From positions 62,001-126,000 of the forward strand of contig JAVECO010000034.1 in the NCBI GenBank assembly GCA_051942205.1: a stretch of DNA of 64,000 nucleotides, read 5' to 3'. This DNA is from Coniocarpon cinnabarinum. Its lineage: Eukaryota. The notes beneath the pieces are model-generated. The model was not told the origin of the DNA, made no database searches, and saw only the letters and a list, made by a program, of their open reading frames with translations. A program made the position numbers and the translations under genes. Positions 1 through 11,880 of this stretch are shown here, piece after piece; within the stretch, counting starts at the first letter, position 1, and every line of letters begins with the position of its first letter.

Positions 1-634
1 TCGCCGCTTCCTCGGCCACGGACCTCAGTTGCAGTACCTCCTCGCTCGAAACGTGTATACCTTGGTGATATGCTCTTGTCAACAATTGGGTAACGAAGTA
101 ATATGCGAAGCGAATGAATGGCTTGCTCTCCATCTTGCAAATCATGTCGTCCGTCATGTTGTCACAGACTTGATTAAGACTTGCTTCGATCCCTTCCTTC
201 CTCTGGTCTCGTCTCCGAGAGTATCTGAGTGCGTCTTCTGCAGGCTGCCCGAACAAACCTAGATTCGATTCCTCCACAACACGCTTTTCCGCTAGCTCTT
301 GAATCTTGCTCCGCAACATCGGTGAGGACAGTACTGCATTCTTCATGTTCTCAGAGAAGCCATTGTAGAAGACTGGCTGCCCCACGACTTTATCGTAGCT
401 CCGCCAGCCAGATCCTTGGACATGCAAGCTGAGCTCACGCAGGAAGCTGAGAGGATCTTTCCTGAAGCGCGGAGCATGTTCGACTACCTCGCGGTCGTGA
501 GTCTCGTGTTGTGAGCCTGTAGCCGACTCGGAATAGCCAGAAGGATACAGTGTGACCTGGTCACCGACGATAGAGATATCAGGAGCTGCATTGTCGGCGC
601 CGACGTCTGAAGTGGAAGGTCTATGCCGGCTCAT
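1..634 (-). CDS. Glycerol-3-phosphate/dihydroxyacetone-phosphate acyltransferase (PlsB/GPAT-like), N-terminal part; runs off the window edge
   Basis: Absent from the ORF track because there is no stop inside the window. Hand translation from ATG 634 is open to position 1: MSRHRPSTSDVGADNAAPDISIVGDQVTLYPSGY...RFRKDPLSFLRELSLHVQGSGWRSYDKVVGQPVFY...MICKMESKPFIRFAYYFVTQLLTRAYHQGIHVSSEEVLQLRSVAEEAA. This resembles the region just upstream of the HxxxxD motif in fungal GPAT-family proteins. Confidence 0.75.
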   Translation of the reverse strand, partial: MSRHRPSTSDVGADNAAPDISIVGDQVTLYPSGYSESATGSQHETHDREVVEHAPRFRKDPLSFLRELSLHVQGSGWRSYDKVVGQPVFYNGFSENMKNAVLSSPMLRSKIQELAEKRVVEESNLGLFGQPAEDALRYSRRRDQRKEGIEASLNQVCDNMTDDMICKMESKPFIRFAYYFVTQLLTRAYHQGIHVSSEEVLQLRSVAEEAA

Positions 635-916
635 AATACGTTGCGACTGGGAGTGTCAAGCATAGACACCGTGGCTGCTTGTGCTATTCATATTCAACGA
701 CTCACACACTGCTTCACTCGGTGACAGCTAACTTTGGCGCGGACTCATCGTGCCGATTACCCACCCTGTCCAAATCTTTTTAGTTCTGGTGCCCGAGATT
801 GAAGATACCAACACGTTTGCAGTTGAGATCTTGCCATATGTCAAACGACACATCCTTTTCAGTAAAGTGAGAAGAATACAAGGCGTCTGATCGACATTGT
901 ACTTCTCACTTGAGGC

Positions 917-2362
917 ATGACTCGCGCCACAGCAGTTTCTGCGCCCGGAAAAGTGTTTTTGGCGGGAGGATACCTCGTCTTAGACCGGAAGCATACTGCG
1001 TTGACATTTGCTCTGGACGCCCGCATACATGTTGTGGTACAACACGCTGCAGGTCCTGATGCTGAGATTGCTTGTCATTCACCTCAATTTAAGGATGCAC
1101 ACTGGAAGTATAGATATGGCACGGATTCACAGTTGCAAGATATGAGCATGAAGCCCAATCCATTCGTCGAGACAGCTCTGCAATACGCTCTTAGCTACGT
1201 TGCTGCATTAAGTGGGACCGCTAATAGGCCGCTGCCGTAAGTCGTCGATGTGGTTGTGAAGCCGTAGTCAGGTAAAAGCTCATTACCAGTGTTTACTGGT
1301 CCAATGATATCGGCTGAGCGTTAGTGAAGAGCTGATTCAATCAATAGATTAGACATAGTGATCTTGGCTGATAATGATTACTATTCCCAAAGCTCCTCAG
1401 GCGACGCGCAATCTGATGCAGCTTCAACGCAAGCTAGCTTCCGCAAGTTTGACCTGCCTATCAATGAGGTCAACAAGACAGGATTGGGGTCGTCTGCCGC
1501 ATTGGTCACTGCGCTCACGGGCGCGGTGCTTGAATTCTACTCTTCGCAAGTAAGAGGCTTGCGACAGAAACCTTTGGAAGACCGCGCATGCTTGCATCGT
1601 TTGGCTCAACTAGCTCATTGCGCAGCTCAAGGTAAAGTCGGGTCAGGTTTTGATGTTGCGTCTGCAGTATTTGGGTCGTGCATATATAAGCGCTTCTCAC
1701 CATCAATACCGGAGCAGGTAGGTCCCGTAAATGATGCAAGTTTCGGTGAGCATTTAACACGCGTTGTGCAAGACGACACGATCTGGGACTACGAGATCAA
1801 TTCACATCGAAAAGTCAGCATCCCGCATGGACTTAAGCTGGTGATGTGCGATGTGGACTGTGGATCGCAAACGCCTGGAATGGTCAAACAAGTTCTCAAA
1901 TGGCGAAGCGAAAACCAGGTGGTGGCAGATCGAGTGTGGGACGAGCTACAGCAATGGAATGATGCGTTGGCCGATCGTCTGCACGGCATCAGCGAAGGGC
2001 AGGAAGACCAAAGCTTTGCGGATCTGTCGGACAATATTCAGCAAATCCGCAGGTTGCTTCGAACTATGTCTTCACAAGCCAAGGTGCCGATCGAGCCAGA
2101 GGAGCAGACAGAATTATTGGATGCCTGCAGTGCTGTGCCAGGGGTTATTGGTGGCGTCGTGCCGGGTGCTGGCGGATATGATGCTATTACGCTTTTGATT
2201 GAGGACGACGAAAATACCTCGACTGGACTTGTGAAGTTGTTGGAAAGCTGGAAGTTTGGAAAGCACGGAGGGAAAGTGAGACTTTTGGCAACTCGTGGAG
2301 AAATGGAAGGAGTGCGTGTGGAACCTGTGCAGAAGTATAGCGAATGGATCAAAATTGGCTGA
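917..2362 (+). CDS. ERG8: Phosphomevalonate kinase (GHMP kinase)
   Basis: SAPGKVFLAGGYLVL, KTGLGSSAAL, AHCAAQGKVGSGFDVA and VPGAGGYDA motifs. One intron 1237-1347 (GTAAGT..GCTGAT..TAG) joins the two ORFs in frame (RPLP-LDIVILADNDY). Confidence 0.95.
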
Positions 2363-2953
2363 AGTATTTCTCCGTCATCATTACTGCTGTTTGCTTTGCG
2401 TCGGCTGCATTCCCCAAGATTATTGTTGAAGCTCATCGATACGCAACGTGCAACAGGACCTGCGCTAGCCGATGTATCCGAACTGGACAGGGCATCCACC
2501 TCCGCTTTGACCGAGGAGCCTCGCCGCGTGGAATGCTTGGCTGGGCTTCCGACTTACCGGTCCAGGCCAGCTCAGCATCGGCGAGATCTCTGGTGGGCTT
2601 TCACCAGAACGTGGAGCGCACGACATTTGCGTAAGAGGAGTCTGGGAGGCAAAAGAAGCATCCAAGCCTTTCCCGCAGCCCCTGACCTCATCATCCTTGC
2701 TTGTACCATCGCACCTCTCTGAAACCTGGCAACCGCGCGCGTGTCCAATTTCTTTTCCATTCATTGACGCGCTCATCCAGTCTGATGCCTCCAGGTCGCA
2801 TCAGATTGTGTTCCGCGGGAAGAGCGCACTTGCTCAAGTCATGAGCAACACCTGATCCACCCCATCCTCGTCTACGCCAATTTCACACCAACTCAACCTG
2901 GTCCCTACACGTCACTCGTTCATCCTCCTGATTTGTTACCGACAGCAGCAACC

Positions 2954-3997
2954 ATGGCCGCGCGTGATCAACAACGCACGGCCACTGGAACGCACGCTGA
3001 CACCGCAACTTCCACGACACCGGTCGAGATGTCCCAACTTAGTCCTTCTCACCAACAGCATGATGAGCCGGTCTCGCCAATGACTCCTGGGTTTGAGCAA
3101 TTCTCAACACCGCCTACTAGTGCCAGGCACTCGACGTTTGGCGGCGGATTTCCTGGTCTTTCAGCTCCGCCTGAGGAGGAGGAGGAGCAGCAGCAGCAAC
3201 AGCAGACCAATGCGGTCGAAAAGCAAGCTTCGCAGGAAATTGGGGTTGCAAGAACGACACCATTAGAATCATCTGCACAGACCGACGGTCAAGACACCAT
3301 TCCACAAAAGACCCCACAAGAAACGAATGTTGAGAAGGCAGAGTCCCCGACCTCGCCCATCCAGCCCACAACCACCGACCGTCCAGCCATTGGACCCGCT
3401 ACCTCGCAGTCCCATCTACCCACCACCTTTACTTCGCAAGACCCCTCAGAGCCCGCTCTGCAACTTATAATACTTCTCGTGTCTGGGGCGCGGCACCCTT
3501 TCACCATCAGCGAGTCCTTTCTCCAGAAGCGCGGAATCAGTAGTGCGAAAGCGTCTTCTAAGAAAGGCTCCACCACTCTTGACCCATATGGCATCAGTGG
3601 CTACACATTGAAAGAGCTGATATGGCGAGATTGGAGAGATGACTGGGAGACACGACCCAGTAGTCCTGGCGGCATTCGATTGATTAGCCTGGGACGATTG
3701 GTAGACGACAATAAACCTCTATCGGGTAAGTCAACCTCGCGAGCCCCAGCCACTAAACTTATGAGGTTCTGCTGTGCTTCCGTAGTCTGTGACCAGACCA
3801 ATTCCAGATTCAGGCTGACCATGAGCGCAGACTACTTCAGCCCCGACCGCGAAGCAACCATGAGCAACCACGTCGTGCACATGACCGTTAAGCCCGCAGA
3901 CATGGAAGATGACGACGGCGCTCATAAGAAGAGAGGTCGTGCCAGCTCCGAAGATGGCGAACGCCGCTCCAATTGCTGTTGCTGCTCTGTCATGTAG
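2954..3997 (+). CDS. Membrane-anchored ubiquitin-fold protein (UBL3/MUB-like) with long disordered N-terminus and C-terminal CAAX
   Basis: LLVSGARHPF..DPY.ISGYTLKELIWRDW..W..RPSSP..IRLISLGRL..D...VVHMTVKP and C-terminal CCCCSVM. Intron 3726-3830 (GTAAGT..GCTGAC..CAG). Confidence 0.85.
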   Translation: MAARDQQRTATGTHADTATSTTPVEMSQLSPSHQQHDEPVSPMTPGFEQFSTPPTSARHSTFGGGFPGLSAPPEEEEEQQQQQQTNAVEKQASQEIGVARTTPLESSAQTDGQDTIPQKTPQETNVEKAESPTSPIQPTTTDRPAIGPATSQSHLPTTFTSQDPSEPALQLIILLVSGARHPFTISESFLQKRGISSAKASSKKGSTTLDPYGISGYTLKELIWRDWRDDWETRPSSPGGIRLISLGRLVDDNKPLSGKSTSRAPATKLMRFCCASVVCDQTNSRFRLTMSADYFSPDREATMSNHVVHMTVKPADMEDDDGAHKKRGRASSEDGERRSNCCCCSVM

Positions 3998-4643
3998 ACG
4001 GACGGCCTGTACAACATGGAAGGCGTTGAAGTGAAGCTAAGGTTCAACACTGCCCAATGAAGACATTCGAGGCAAAAGCTGTGGGTTTCAGCGTGTATAT
4101 TCTTATGTGGGCGTTGTGAGAAGTCGGGAAAGCCCAATCCAATACCCACTAAAGCGTTGGCAAATTCCCTTCTGACACGGCAGCTACGGCAGTATTTTGG
4201 GTGGGTGGTTGAGGGTGCTTTGACTGCAGTATAAGATATCATACATGGCCGAGACGAAGTAATGGACGAGTATACAAGTGCTACCATGGGGTGTTGCCTG
4301 CTGTGATTATTGCCCTTTGGTAGCTTTCCAGTGTCAAATCAGTGGTCGTTTACCACGAAGCCGTAGACTGCAAGCAACACAAGTCGGTGAGCACGAGATT
4401 GTGAATGCATTATGCACCTTTCTGCATGCCGCACCTGCAACTTGAATTACGCTGATTCGATCTCTTAAATATACAGCCGCGAAAGGAAGCTGTTGTACAT
4501 TCGAGCGGCCTCACTCCCTTGGAATCTTTCCAGCCACCAAATCGTACATCACCGCTGCACCATGCCACTCCTCTCGATCCTGAGAGCACTCCGATCTCCC
4601 TCCATCTTCACTCCTCTCATGCACCTCCTGCCCAATCGCCACA

Positions 4644-5153
4644 TCACCACGAGCTCCACTCCCCCAAGCTCTCCTCAGAATAAACCCCCTCCCAACCACC
4701 AACCTCCCAATCACATCCCCGAAGCACATCCCCATGCACACTCCCTCCCGTTTTGCGTCCCCCCCAGTAAAGCGCCTCTTCATTGACCTCCACATCCAGC
4801 AGTTCCATCCCCCGTATCAACGGCGCCGCAACGCCATATTGACGCTTCAGTAACTGCATTTGCAACGCGTGACGCGTGTCGTTCCAGTGACGGAGGCGTG
4901 CTTCAAGGGGATGCGTTGATTGCAGTGATGTTGACGATGAGGGGAGGTCGGAGGGTGCAGAGAAGAGTTCGAGGTTGGGTTGGCGGGTGCGGAGGGTGTC
5001 GGGGAGGCCTGGGGCTGAGGGTGCGGAGGTGATGGGGTTGGTGTAATTGCGGGATTGGTGGGACTTTGGGGGGACGAGGAGGAGGGCGTTGTTGGACTGT
5101 TGGGGATTAGTATGCAGAGATGGAGTTGTCGAGATTAAGGATAGGCGTACCAT
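4644..5153 (-). CDS. UMP1: Proteasome maturation factor Ump1/POMP
   Basis: SAPSAPGLPDTLR..HPLEARLRHW....LQMQLLKRQYGVAAPLIRGMEL..SVHGDVLRG motifs. ATG-only first exon, then intron 5150-5097 (GTACGC..CTAAT..CAG). C-terminus uncertain. Confidence 0.85.
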   Translation of the reverse strand: MVRLSLISTTPSLHTNPQQSNNALLLVPPKSHQSRNYTNPITSAPSAPGLPDTLRTRQPNLELFSAPSDLPSSSTSLQSTHPLEARLRHWNDTRHALQMQLLKRQYGVAAPLIRGMELLDVEVNEEALYWGGRKTGGSVHGDVLRGCDWEVGGWEGVYSEESLGEWSSW

Positions 5154-5791
5154 CTTGGTGTTTGAACACGTAGTTGCAGGTTTAATAGGAGCAAGGTGTT
5201 GATTTGGATATTATGGTCTTAGTTTTGCTGGGAGTGGTTCCGTGTGTTCGTGAGGATGATAAAGGGGAAGGATCTATGATGCGATGGATGAAGGACATTT
5301 ACTTTGGTGCTGATGGAATAGATGATGGGTCGCGAGCTCTAAGATGAGGCTACTGCGAGCTGACGTTTGGAAGCTCGAGACGCGCTAGTAGCCTTGTACT
5401 CTATCTATTTCTGTCAGGCTTGGCAATATAACTCACGTGCCTGGATAGCGAGCATATGTAGGTAGATATTCAACTCGGGCAGATCGTCTCCTACTGACAG
5501 CAGATTCGATGTCACAGCATGACTGCAATTGAACCAGAACATCTTGTCGCAGTGAGCAATGTCACCCACTGCACACTGTGACTGACAGCTGGAGACGTTT
5601 CATGAAAGCGAAAGAAGCTTAAACGCGAGTGACGAAAGCCGGCTAGCCTAGCCGCCAATCGTTGTCTTCAAAAGGAAATGTTCAGAAAAGTACAGTACAG
5701 CGAAGGAACTCAATAGAGCCACGTCTGCTGCACGAAAGAAACGAAAAGTACCATCATCCACACATCTCGTCATTGAGACCCATCCGCAAGA

Positions 5792-7009
5792 TCACGAGTC
5801 ACCAGTCGTGGCGGAATTGTCAATCACATCTGGCTTGGGCATCATCACATTGTCCAAGTATCCACCGCCCACGTTGCCGCCGGGTGTGTAGACGCAGTGC
5901 GCAACGCCACCGTCGGAACAATCACTGTTAAAAGCACAGCCCACACCGGTAGTGTCCTTCCAGGCGACTTGCGAAAAGTGGAGAATATCACTGTTGCCCC
6001 CGCCGGGTGCTTCTGCGGCAAAGTCGTTGCTCCGAAGCGTGTAATTGGCGAGTTCGTTATACCAGGAGTAGATGGCAGTCGCCCACGTGACCGGGATTGT
6101 ATCCTGTTCTCCCGTGCTCCAAATCTCTTTGCCCTGCCAGAAATAGTTGGCACCGCCATCGAGTGGCGGGTTACTGTTCTTGCCGCTGGAGTGTGCGTTA
6201 GTTGTCTTGATCTGATGAAGGCCAATATGATTCACTCACGGGTCACCATGTAAGCACTGACTAGCATAAGAGCTCGCAGCTGCCTCGGCATTTGAATCTT
6301 TCGTCATGGTGGGGACACTGTGATAGGCGCGGTACGAATTGTGGATGGCAACGTAATCATCACCTGCGTCAACTTTTGTCGCGTTGTCCTTGGAATATGG
6401 CAGGTCACCGTCACAGTCAGCCTGGACAGTGAAACCGGTGTTTGGTCCGGAGTAGGCCGACGGCGCTGAGGCCCAATTCGTGGTGAAAGCGTTGCAAGGT
6501 GCAGGAATCGTGATAGACCCAGAACCTCCAGAACCTCCGGAACCCGAGCCTTCACTGCCGCTGCCAGCGCTGTCTCCGTCACCGCCTGATGCGGTCTGCT
6601 GGGCGGCAGATGCGGACGATGTGGTGGAAGAGTGATGGCTTGACTGCGCTGCAACTGGGCCGCTGGTAATGGGCGCCATTGCCGTCAAGTCGTTCTCCTG
6701 GCTTGGTTGCTGATTGGGTTGCTGGTCGCCCAAATCACCCCCGTCAAATCCACGCCCGCCACCATGCCAAGGGTTGTTCTGTGCTGCTTTGTTGACAGGT
6801 TGGAAGCTACCAGCTTGGCTGGCACTCGCACCGCTGCCGCCGGTTGCTGTAACCATGTTGGTCATGACGACCGTCGTGTATACCACTGACACGCCGTCTT
6901 CAGGGTCATTCTGGCGAGCATGGAGATGCTTGTGGGCGTGGGGCAAAGATCTCGCGACCGCGCCAGTAGCAAACAAGCAAGTCAGAAGTGAAACGGGATG
7001 CATCTTCAA
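5792..7009 (-). CDS. Secreted CAP/SCP/PR-1-like protein with Ser/Gly-rich linker
   Basis: Signal peptide MKMHPVSLLTCLFATGAVA; HNSYRAYH, WYNE, HFSQVAWKDTTGVGCA and CVYTPGGNV CAP motifs. Intron 6239-6186 (GTGAGT..CTAAC..CAG) joins the two ORFs in frame. Confidence 0.9.
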
Positions 7010-8589
7010 TCAATGGACTAGTTCTTTTTAAATTTTCCTTTTGATTGGTTCGCAGAAAGAGTCGTATTTGCGTAAAGTTGTTTGGAAGCGTCGACACAAC
7101 CGTTTTTGGAACGAGTTTTGGTCAAAAGAACGAACGGCAGTGCTAGTCAGTACTCCTTTAGTTGCTTTTGGGATTTGGCAGGAAAGAACTTGACAAGAAA
7201 ATGAGCGTGGCTACGACTGGCGTAGGGAAGCAAGAAGGCAAATGAGCGACGGTGAAACAGAGAACGACGCCTGCGGAGACAGAGCAGCAGCAAGAGGACA
7301 GAATATGAGGAGGAGGGCCGCATGAATTATACTCGGAGCGCACGGGCGGCTAGGAGATTACAGAGTTTGGACGGATTCCAGCAAATTGCAGCGATGGCGA
7401 TGTGAAGGATGACTGCAAGCGTACGAGAGCAGTGAATGTGGCCAATTGCAAGTGGCGGGCGGGTGTTGTGATCCTCGAGCATTAGCGAACGACACACGTA
7501 TGCCAATCGACGAGAGAGGGAGCGGCAGGCGGTAAGCGTGTCCCGCGGTGGCTGGTGCGAGCGCACGTTTCAACAGCAAAGAAGAAAAGTTGCGGCGGGG
7601 TGGTAGAACTGTGTTCCGTGAAAGTTGGGGAATCCTGTGCAATCTGCGTGGGCACGGTGGGGTTCTAGGATGCGGCCTGGGAGGGGCGAAAGATTGGAGC
7701 CAACACGAGAGCCTGTTCCAGGCACACTGTGATTGCATATAGCCGCAATCGATAGCAGGGGATTGCCGTGGCCCGTGATGATCGTTGGATGACGAACAAT
7801 GAGAAGGACGAGAGGTGACTCGAGGAGACGCGCATGCATCCGGATTAGAGCAACGTGGTTCGGCTGCCCAGACCGTCCCTTCGAAGGAGCCAAGTGACAT
7901 CGATCTATTTCCGGTCATGAGGACGGGACCGGGCCAGAGCAGCAGGGGGATGAGCACGGCAGCGTGGAAACTGTCTGAGAGATGTGAGGGTGGCCGCAGG
8001 ATCGCGGCGTGGATCTTTGCCGATACCTACGCAGTGGGCACGGCACGCGGTTGACAGGACCGGCTTGTCGATACGGAGGTGCCGCTTCGGGCAATCTCGC
8101 GAATTATGCCCAATTGACTGCTCCAGCTCCAACCTCGACCCACTCGTCTCAACATTGACCACGCCTGGTGTTGAATGGCACAATGGCCACGTCCTCGGAG
8201 CCTGTGGTGCAACAACACCTCTGAGAAAACCTGGTTTGTTTTTTCCTTCGAGACCCGAACGGTGTGATTGGCGCCTACCCGTGAGCCACACAACCCGTGT
8301 GCCTCGTACTCATACTCAACTTCATCTGCAAGCGCTGTGCTGAGCGCGGAGAGGCCTCGGACTGCGCGTGTCAGTAATGGGACCGAAGCGCGGGGCTCAT
8401 TTGCTTCTTAACGGAACGGCACGGATATGATGCTCTGGGAACTTCCAGAAATCCAGACATTGGTCGGAGAAAGCGCCTGCTCCGTCGCAAACATTAACGT
8501 TAACATTGCCACGCCGTGCGGAGCAGCATTCGTCGAGTAGCGTGGGGTGAGACACAGTACAGTACAGTGGAGTGGAGTGAAGTGTGGTT

Positions 8590-8611
8590 GGGGTTGGGGT
8601 TAGGGCTGGGG
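8590..8611 (+). promoter_or_regulatory. G-quadruplex-forming, telomere-like G tract in the GST upstream region
   Basis: GGGG-TT-GGGG-TTA-GGG-CT-GGGG fits the G3+ N1-7 x4 pattern. Function unknown. Confidence 0.4.
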
Positions 8612-8856
8612 CCAAGAGGCGGCTATTGCGGCGCTGCGCGTGTCATGGATGATGTGATCCTTGACGCCACGACGCGAATGCTTGTGGATATATCCGTCTT
8701 CCATTGTCGCAAATACGCCCAAATCTGATCGCTTGCACCATTGTCTCTTAGCTAGCGCAGTCTTTGATGGTCATTGGCTTGACGAGGACTACGGCACGGT
8801 CATCTCGCTATTCGCTGCAGATCAGGAGCATAACCTTGTGCTCTACACCAAGAAGT

Positions 8857-10114
8857 ATGGCCGCGCAAAGGGACGACAAAGGATCCGTGTATCACTGGGT
8901 CGATCCTAACGACAAGAGCGGCGAGTTCAAGCGCAAGCCTTCCGCCTTCAGAGATTGGATTTCGACTGAGCCAGGGGCTAAGTTTCCCCCTGAAAAAGAC
9001 AGGTTTGGTTAATGCCCTTGATACTGGCGGCGTCGCTCACATTGCCTGAGGTATCACCTCTATGTCTCATATGCATGTCGTAAGTTTGCAATCTTGACTG
9101 ACTCCTTCACGTCCGTCATGAATATTCTTTCCAACCTGCGAGATTGATAGCATGGGCCCATCGAGCTCTAATCGTTCGGGAGCTGAAGGGGCTCCAATCG
9201 ATCCTACCATTCACCTGCGTGCACTGGCTCCTGGGCGAGAAGGGGTGGCCGTTTGCAACCGACCCCAAAGATCAGGAATCCGAGGCCAATGTGACGCCTG
9301 ATCCGCTCGGTCATGGAACCCATCTGCGTGATGTGTACTTCCACACGCAGCCTGACTATGAAGGCCGCTTCACCGTGCCGACGCTCTACGATAAGAAGCA
9401 GAAAACCATCGTGAGCAACGAGAGCTCAGAGATCATTCGTATGCTGTATTATGCGTTTGATGGCTTGCTCGAGGAGCCGCGCTTCCGTGATCTTGACCTT
9501 TTCCCCAAAGATCTGCGCTCACAGATCGAGTCAACAAACGATTGGACCTACAATGACATTAACAACGGTGTCTACAAAAGCGGCTTCGCCACGTGAGCTC
9601 GCCTCACTGTACATGGTCTCTCAGAACTCTATTGATGTATCTGCAGCACGCAAGACGCCTATGAAAAGGCGGTGACCACTCTTTTCCACTCTCTCGATCA
9701 CGCCGAATCCGACCTCGCCAAATCTTCCGGCCCGTTCTACTTTGGCGACCGCCTGACCGAAGCGGACATCCGCCTCTATACGACCATCATCCGCTTCGAC
9801 GTCGTCTACGTGCAGCACTTCAAGTGCAACCTCCGCGATGTTCGCAGCGGGTATCCGCATCTGCATAAGTGGCTGCGGCACCTGTACTGGGATGTTCCCG
9901 CGTTTCACAACACGACGAACTTTGACCATATCAAGAAGCATTACACGAGGAGTCATAGGCAGATAAATCCGCATGTAAGTCTGCCGCGGGTTTGGGGGCC
10001 CAGGCTTTGGTTTCGACAAAGTGCTTACACGAACAGTCTATCACACCGCTGGGTCCAATTCCTGACATTCTCCAAAAGGACCAAGAAGTGCCCGTTGGGA
10101 GGGCCAAGGTTTGA
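8857..10114 (+). CDS. Glutathione S-transferase, omega-like / glutathionyl-hydroquinone reductase (ECM4/Gto family)
   Basis: GEFKR..SAFR, RYHLYVSYACPWAHR, RFTVPTLYDKK..TIVSNESSEIIRM, NNGVYKSGFA, RFDVVY..HFKCN and HIKKHY..SH..INP..ITPLGP motifs. Introns 9003-9050, 9080-9150, 9593-9646 and 9975-10036. Confidence 0.93.
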
Positions 10115-10211
10115 GATTCGTTTGCGGAGTGCGCGTGTGGCAAGATGGTCACATGTACTGTCCTCGGGCACGGTTTGCTGCTGGACTGTGGTGTACATAT
10201 TAAGTAGCGCA

Positions 10212-10232
10212 CAGCAGCAGCAGCAGCAGCAG
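10212..10232 (+). repeat. (CAG)n microsatellite in the GST 3' region
   Basis: About 7 tandem CAG units. Confidence 0.9.
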
Positions 10233-11399
10233 TGCAAACCATTGCAGGAGCTGATTTCCGCGATTGTAAGACCTTTGGGCATAGATCGTACGTTAGTAGC
10301 GGGAGGCATGCGGTCGGTGCTCATTTCTTAACGGTTCAGGTCACGTGCCTCTACAATGTGCTACAGACATGGAGGGCATGTGAGGTTTCATTATTTGAGA
10401 GTAGACTCCAAAAGTGACGTATCGCAATCAGAATCGACCACTCACCCGCGGCTCGCATAACTCAATGAAATGGCTAGATGCCATCTCAAATTTACTGTAG
10501 TCCTTAGACAACGGCATTCAACAAACTTATATTAGAGCCGCCTCTCTAAGTACTTCTGGAGTGCCGAATCTTAAAGTCTGCAATCGAGAGCGACGAGCCC
10601 AATGACTCTGCTCGAATGACGTCGCAAATGACCCATCAGGCTTTGTGGTCACAGAAAATGATCATTCTTGAGCCCCAGTCTGTCGGTTGTCTGGTCACGT
10701 GATATCTGTCTACTTCGTAGCAGATCTTCGGGGCATTCAGCCTGCTGGACTGCCTGCGACACCGAAGGCGTGGGACCTTCATCGACGGCCTCGAATGGCT
10801 GGAAGTATTCTAACCCCTTTTAATGCTTCCATAGCGCCGGTTGTCACGATTTGCAATGATTTTGTACCCTCGGGCGCTGCGTTGCTTATCACTTGACGAG
10901 CCTACTTCTAGAGGAAGCAGTCGTCTACGATGCAGCATAACCTAAGCGCCTATAAACGCTTCGTCGTTTCTTTGCTGCTTTGAATACATCGAGTGTACTA
11001 AGCGGCGCTGAAACAACTCCGTCTCGCTGCGAAGTGTGTTGGTTGTCCCGTACTTGCTTGTTGGGGCATCCGCCTGATATGTGACAAGCTCAAGAGATCA
11101 GAATTAGTGAGCCTCGACAATATGCAGGGTCGCAAGTCAATAGAACAGGTGATCGTGTCCGTGGATTCGTGAAATGCTGCGATGTCGTCCCAACTGTAGA
11201 TGGACGAGAGTGAAAGGTATCCACGCATTCTCGGTGTCTCATAATGAGCACCCGGGTTTGTGTAGCTAGGCGAAGCCTGTCCACGGACGTTTTACTGCTT
11301 CACAAATCCCATTCATTGTCATGAATCGCGCTCTTGTTCCGAAATCTGTTCAAATCATCTACCTAACACGAACGCCAGGGAACGTCGTTCAAGACTCGA

Positions 11400-11880
11400 A
11401 CGACCACCGCCGCATTCACATCACCCGTCGCCTCCACATACGCAATGTGTCAACCAGAGCAGACAACATAACAGTCACTGTGTCAGCAACACCACCTCCA
11501 CTGTAACATCTTCAACGTCCACAAGCAATGCTACGTCCTCAGTGGCACCCTTACGACTATTTGTCAGCTGCGCGCAGCGAACCGACTACGCAGGCTACTA
11601 CGTCGACGTCCAGAACCCGGCCCACTTCTGCTTCCCCCTTTCGGCGATCAGTCGGGTAGCTGTTCCTACGCAGCCTGCGCTGGGACCAAACTCGCGGCAG
11701 TTTGGCACTCCTATCTGAATCTGGCCCCATGGTATTGCATTGGCAACGGGGCCTGTGGATGATTTGACTCGAACGGCCCTAAGGAGGACAACGAGTTATT
11801 GCAGTGGAGCGCGTGCGTGTTCCTTTGTTGCGAGGCGTGTATTGCCGAAAGACAAGGCGGGTTCAAGACGGTGTAAGGCT
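11400..11880 (+). pseudogene. Possible decayed Ser/Thr-rich protein gene with a Cys-rich C-terminal part
   Basis: Ser/Thr-rich codon runs continue across shifting frames (RTTTAAFTSP, VSNTTSTVTSSTSTSNATSS, QATTSTSRTRPTSAS). They are followed by YAACAGT..WYCIGNGACG*FDSNGP..WSACVFLCCEAC with internal stops. Confidence 0.3.

Noticed and set aside
5270..5320. ATGATG..CTGA as a box C/D snoRNA
   Set aside because: Spacing is too short, the C box is imperfect and there is no terminal stem; it lies in the UMP1 upstream region.
7140..8800. Many overlapping short ORFs between the CAP and GST genes (likewise 43200-44700, 46200-48600 and 57050-58150)
   Set aside because: GC-rich promoter/UTR sequence; mostly non-ATG starts, no domains and no consistent exon structure.
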